Shown piece by piece: positions 61,711-64,000 of a stretch of 64,000 nucleotides of DNA. The notes beneath the pieces are model-generated. The model saw only the letters and a program-made list of their open reading frames with translations, had not been told where the DNA came from and ran no database searches. Positions within the stretch are counted from its first letter, which is position 1. Each line of letters starts with the position of its first letter. The stretch is from Candidatus Nomurabacteria bacterium (GTDB lineage Bacteria > Patescibacteriota > Minisyncoccia > Phycocordibacterales > UBA918): assembly GCA_020632095.1 (NCBI GenBank), contig JACKGF010000002.1, positions 16,502-80,501 of the forward strand, read 5' to 3'. The translations under genes were made by a program, and so were the position numbers.

Positions 61711-62970
61711 ATGATAAAGGCACACATAAAATCTTGTATGGAACAAATTAAATCAGACGTAGAATCATTTGCACGCATCCGCGTAGTTGGTGTCGGTGGT
61801 TCTGGAGGAAACGCAGTAAATCACATGGTGTCCTCTAAAATAAGAGGGGTTGAGTTCATCGCTATCAACAGTGACGCTCAAGATCTTCATCACTCTCTAG
61901 CGAAGAAAAAAATTCACGTTGGTAAAAACCTTACCAGAGGACTAGGCGCTGGTGGTAATCCTGATGTCGGACGACGAGCCGCTGAAGAAACCCGAGAAGA
62001 AATCTCTAACTCAATCAAAGGTTCAGACATGATTTTCATCACCTGTGGTATGGGTGGCGGAACTGGTACAGGAGCAGCTCCTGTGGTAGCCAAGATTGCT
62101 CGAGAAAGTGGTGCTCTCACCGTTGGTGTTGTTACTAAGCCATTCTTGTTTGAAGGACAAGAAAGAATGCGTCTCGCTCTTCAAGGAATTGAGGAATTGA
62201 AAAATGAAGTCGACGCTTTAATTACAATTCCTAACGATCGACTACTAGCAATCGTCGATAAAGAAACCACTGTCCGAAATGCCTTTGAACAATGTGACAA
62301 TATTCTCATGCAGGCAGTCGAGGGAATCTCTGACCTCATCACTATGCCAGGTATCATTAATGTTGACTTTGCTGACATTCGTAGTGTTATGGAAAATGCT
62401 GGTTCTGCCTTAATGGGAGTCGGAATCTCATCTGGTGACAAGCGCGCTGAGGAAGCTGCTCGAGCTGCTATCAACTCTCCCCTTCTTGAAGTTTCAATCA
62501 CTGGTGCACGTGGCGTACTGTTCGCTATTGCTGGAGGAGAAGATTTAGGAATGCTCGAGATCCAAGACGCCGCTCGAGTAATCACAGAATCTATCGACCC
62601 ACAAGCTAGAGTTATCTTCGGAGCCATCCGCGATGAAAAACTAAAGAAGAATGAGCTTAAAGTAACCGTTATTGCTACTGGCTTCCCTGAAGACTCAGAC
62701 GTTAGCCCAAACTACAACATTGCCCGTCGCGCTCCAACCGCTCCAGCTGAACCACGAGAGCCAGAACCTAAAAAAGAAGAGGAAGAACCAGTAGTATCTA
62801 GAGGTAGAATCTTTAACTCACTCACCCCAAGCAAGAAGCCAGAGATGGACAAGATCACCACCCCAGAGCCAGTAAAACGAGAACCTAAACCAGTTGATCC
62901 AACTGACGATGATGATGAGGACGACTGGGGAGCAGTACCGGCTTTCCTACGAAGAAGTAAACTCAAATAA
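61711..62970 (+). CDS. ftsZ: cell division protein FtsZ
   Basis: Motifs [13 protein letters not shown] and [13 protein letters not shown], and a C-terminal [12 protein letters not shown] peptide. The annotated ORF starts at 61663. Confidence 0.95.
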   Translation: MIKAHIKSCMEQIKSDVESFARIRVVGVGGSGGNAVNHMVSSKIRGVEFIAINSDAQDLHHSLAKKKIHVGKNLTRGLGAGGNPDVGRRAAEETREEISNSIKGSDMIFITCGMGGGTGTGAAPVVAKIARESGALTVGVVTKPFLFEGQERMRLALQGIEELKNEVDALITIPNDRLLAIVDKETTVRNAFEQCDNILMQAVEGISDLITMPGIINVDFADIRSVMENAGSALMGVGISSGDKRAEEAARAAINSPLLEVSITGARGVLFAIAGGEDLGMLEIQDAARVITESIDPQARVIFGAIRDEKLKKNELKVTVIATGFPEDSDVSPNYNIARRAPTAPAEPREPEPKKEEEEPVVSRGRIFNSLTPSKKPEMDKITTPEPVKREPKPVDPTDDDDEDDWGAVPAFLRRSKLK

Positions 62971-63123
62971 AAACAAAGATTATAAACAATAAAGGACTGC
63001 CAGCGAAGTTGGCAGTCCTTTATTTTAAAAACCAAAATAACTTTTCCTGCTTATACAACACACATCAACCTATATGTGGTATTCTAGTGGGACTTATTTA
63101 TAATTCTGTTTGAACATTCAGTT

Positions 63124-64000
63124 ATGTACGACTTATTGATTATTGGCGGAGGACCAGCTGGTACAGCGGCGGGTGTATACGCTTCAAGAAAAAACTTAAA
63201 AACCCTTTTTATAACCAAAGATTGGGGTGGACAAAGTACTGTTTCTTTAGACATCCAAAATTGGATTGGCACACCATCAATTAGCGGTGACCAGCTAGCC
63301 AAGGATTTACGCAGTCACCTTGAAGCTTATGCTGGTGATGTTGTAGACATTATCAGTGATCAATTAGTAAGTAGCTTGAGTAAGGTCGAAAGAGGATATG
63401 AAGTGACTTTAAGCGATAACAGTAAGCATCAAGCCAAAGCGATTCTTATTAGTTCCGGCTCAAAGCGACGCCGACTTCAAATTACTGGTGCTGATGAGTT
63501 TGAGCACAAAGGTGTTACTTACTGTGCTAGTTGTGATGGACCGGTTTTTGCTGGTCAAGACGTAGCCGTAATCGGTGGTGGAAACGCAGGCTTTGAAACA
63601 GCCGCTCAACTCCTAGCCTACGCCAAAAGCGTCACCCTGCTACACCAAGGTCCAGCCTACAAAGCCGACCCTGTCACAGTTGAAAAAGTGCTCGCTCACG
63701 CCAACATGACTGGTATCTTAAATGCTAGCAGTACCGAAGTGATCGCTGACAAATTCGTATCCGGACTTAAATACACAGACACTACTGACAACAGCGAACA
63801 TACCCTGCCCATCACTGGTATCTTTGTAGAAATTGGCATGATACCCAATACAGATTTCACAAATGGCATAGTTGAACTAGACGAATACAAGCGGATCACT
63901 ATCGACCCCTGGACTCAAAAAACCTCAGCCGAAAATATTTGGGCAGCTGGTGATTGTACAAATGTCAAATACCACCAAAACAACATCTCCGCCGGTGACG
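63124..64000 (+). CDS. trxB: thioredoxin reductase (3' end outside window)
   Basis: FAD motif IIGGGPAGTAAGVYA and redox CASCDG. The ORF runs to the window end. Confidence 0.85.
   Translation, partial: MYDLLIIGGGPAGTAAGVYASRKNLKTLFITKDWGGQSTVSLDIQNWIGTPSISGDQLAKDLRSHLEAYAGDVVDIISDQLVSSLSKVERGYEVTLSDNSKHQAKAILISSGSKRRRLQITGADEFEHKGVTYCASCDGPVFAGQDVAVIGGGNAGFETAAQLLAYAKSVTLLHQGPAYKADPVTVEKVLAHANMTGILNASSTEVIADKFVSGLKYTDTTDNSEHTLPITGIFVEIGMIPNTDFTNGIVELDEYKRITIDPWTQKTSAENIWAAGDCTNVKYHQNNISAGD

Overview
The window looks like an AT-moderate, gene-dense genome of a reduced bacterium, with a standard genetic code.

The short IF-2, an S21 gene, many small two-helix 'T4SS-pilin-like' secreted proteins and the absence of biosynthetic operons suggest Patescibacteria/CPR (possibly Saccharibacteria-like). 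This placement is inference only.

Core housekeeping genes I can support from sequence:
- dprA (5'-truncated), topA, relA/spoT-type (p)ppGpp enzyme, parB, a 2-Cys peroxiredoxin, miaA, clpB
- a cysteine desulfurase, infB, rbfA, trhO (rhodanese YceA), a fused membrane/spermidine-synthase-like protein, gyrA
- an MBL-fold hydrolase, an S1-domain protein (rpsA-like), pth, lepB, a divergent HisRS-like gene, rpsU, ybeY, ftsA, ftsZ and trxB (3'-truncated)

Seven tRNA genes are present: Leu-CAA, Trp-CCA, Tyr-GTA, Leu-TAA(-), Cys-GCA, Lys-CTT and Leu-TAG.

The accessory and mobile content is unusually rich:
- Two 100% identical copies of a ~1.43 kb DDE-transposase IS (32251-33682 and 58235-59666), each flanked by 17-bp target duplications.
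- An IS30 element and a frameshifted IS200-type tnpA.
- An AbiEi/AbiEii abortive-infection pair with a palindromic operator, a Phd/YefM-RelE/ParE-like toxin-antitoxin pair, a Fic protein and an HNH nuclease wedged between tRNAs.
- Two genes, each interrupted by a single in-frame stop.

The most unusual signals are non-coding:
1. tRNA-Leu(CAA), tRNA-Leu(TAG) and tRNA-Lys are each followed by direct repeats of their own 3' ends. At tRNA-Leu(TAG) this forms a perfect 182-bp x 4.4 tandem array. A conserved ~100-nt structured module is shared between the two different tRNA-Leu loci.
2. A 169-bp x 2.6 tandem repeat lies between gyrA and a methyltransferase.
3. A GC-rich ~1.8 kb island (50.2-52.0 kb) contains a sigma70-like promoter, a ~1.1 kb ORF-poor, hairpin-dense stretch ending in an intrinsic terminator (candidate large structured RNA or foreign remnant), plus one small GC-rich gene.
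4. Six paralogous pilin-like proteins. Two are fused to cell-wall hydrolase domains at 9.9-12.0 kb, and four sit in an operon-like block at 42.2-43.9 kb with an SBP-like lipoprotein and a methyltransferase on the same strand; an SPFH-domain protein and a polytopic membrane protein lie just upstream on the opposite strand.
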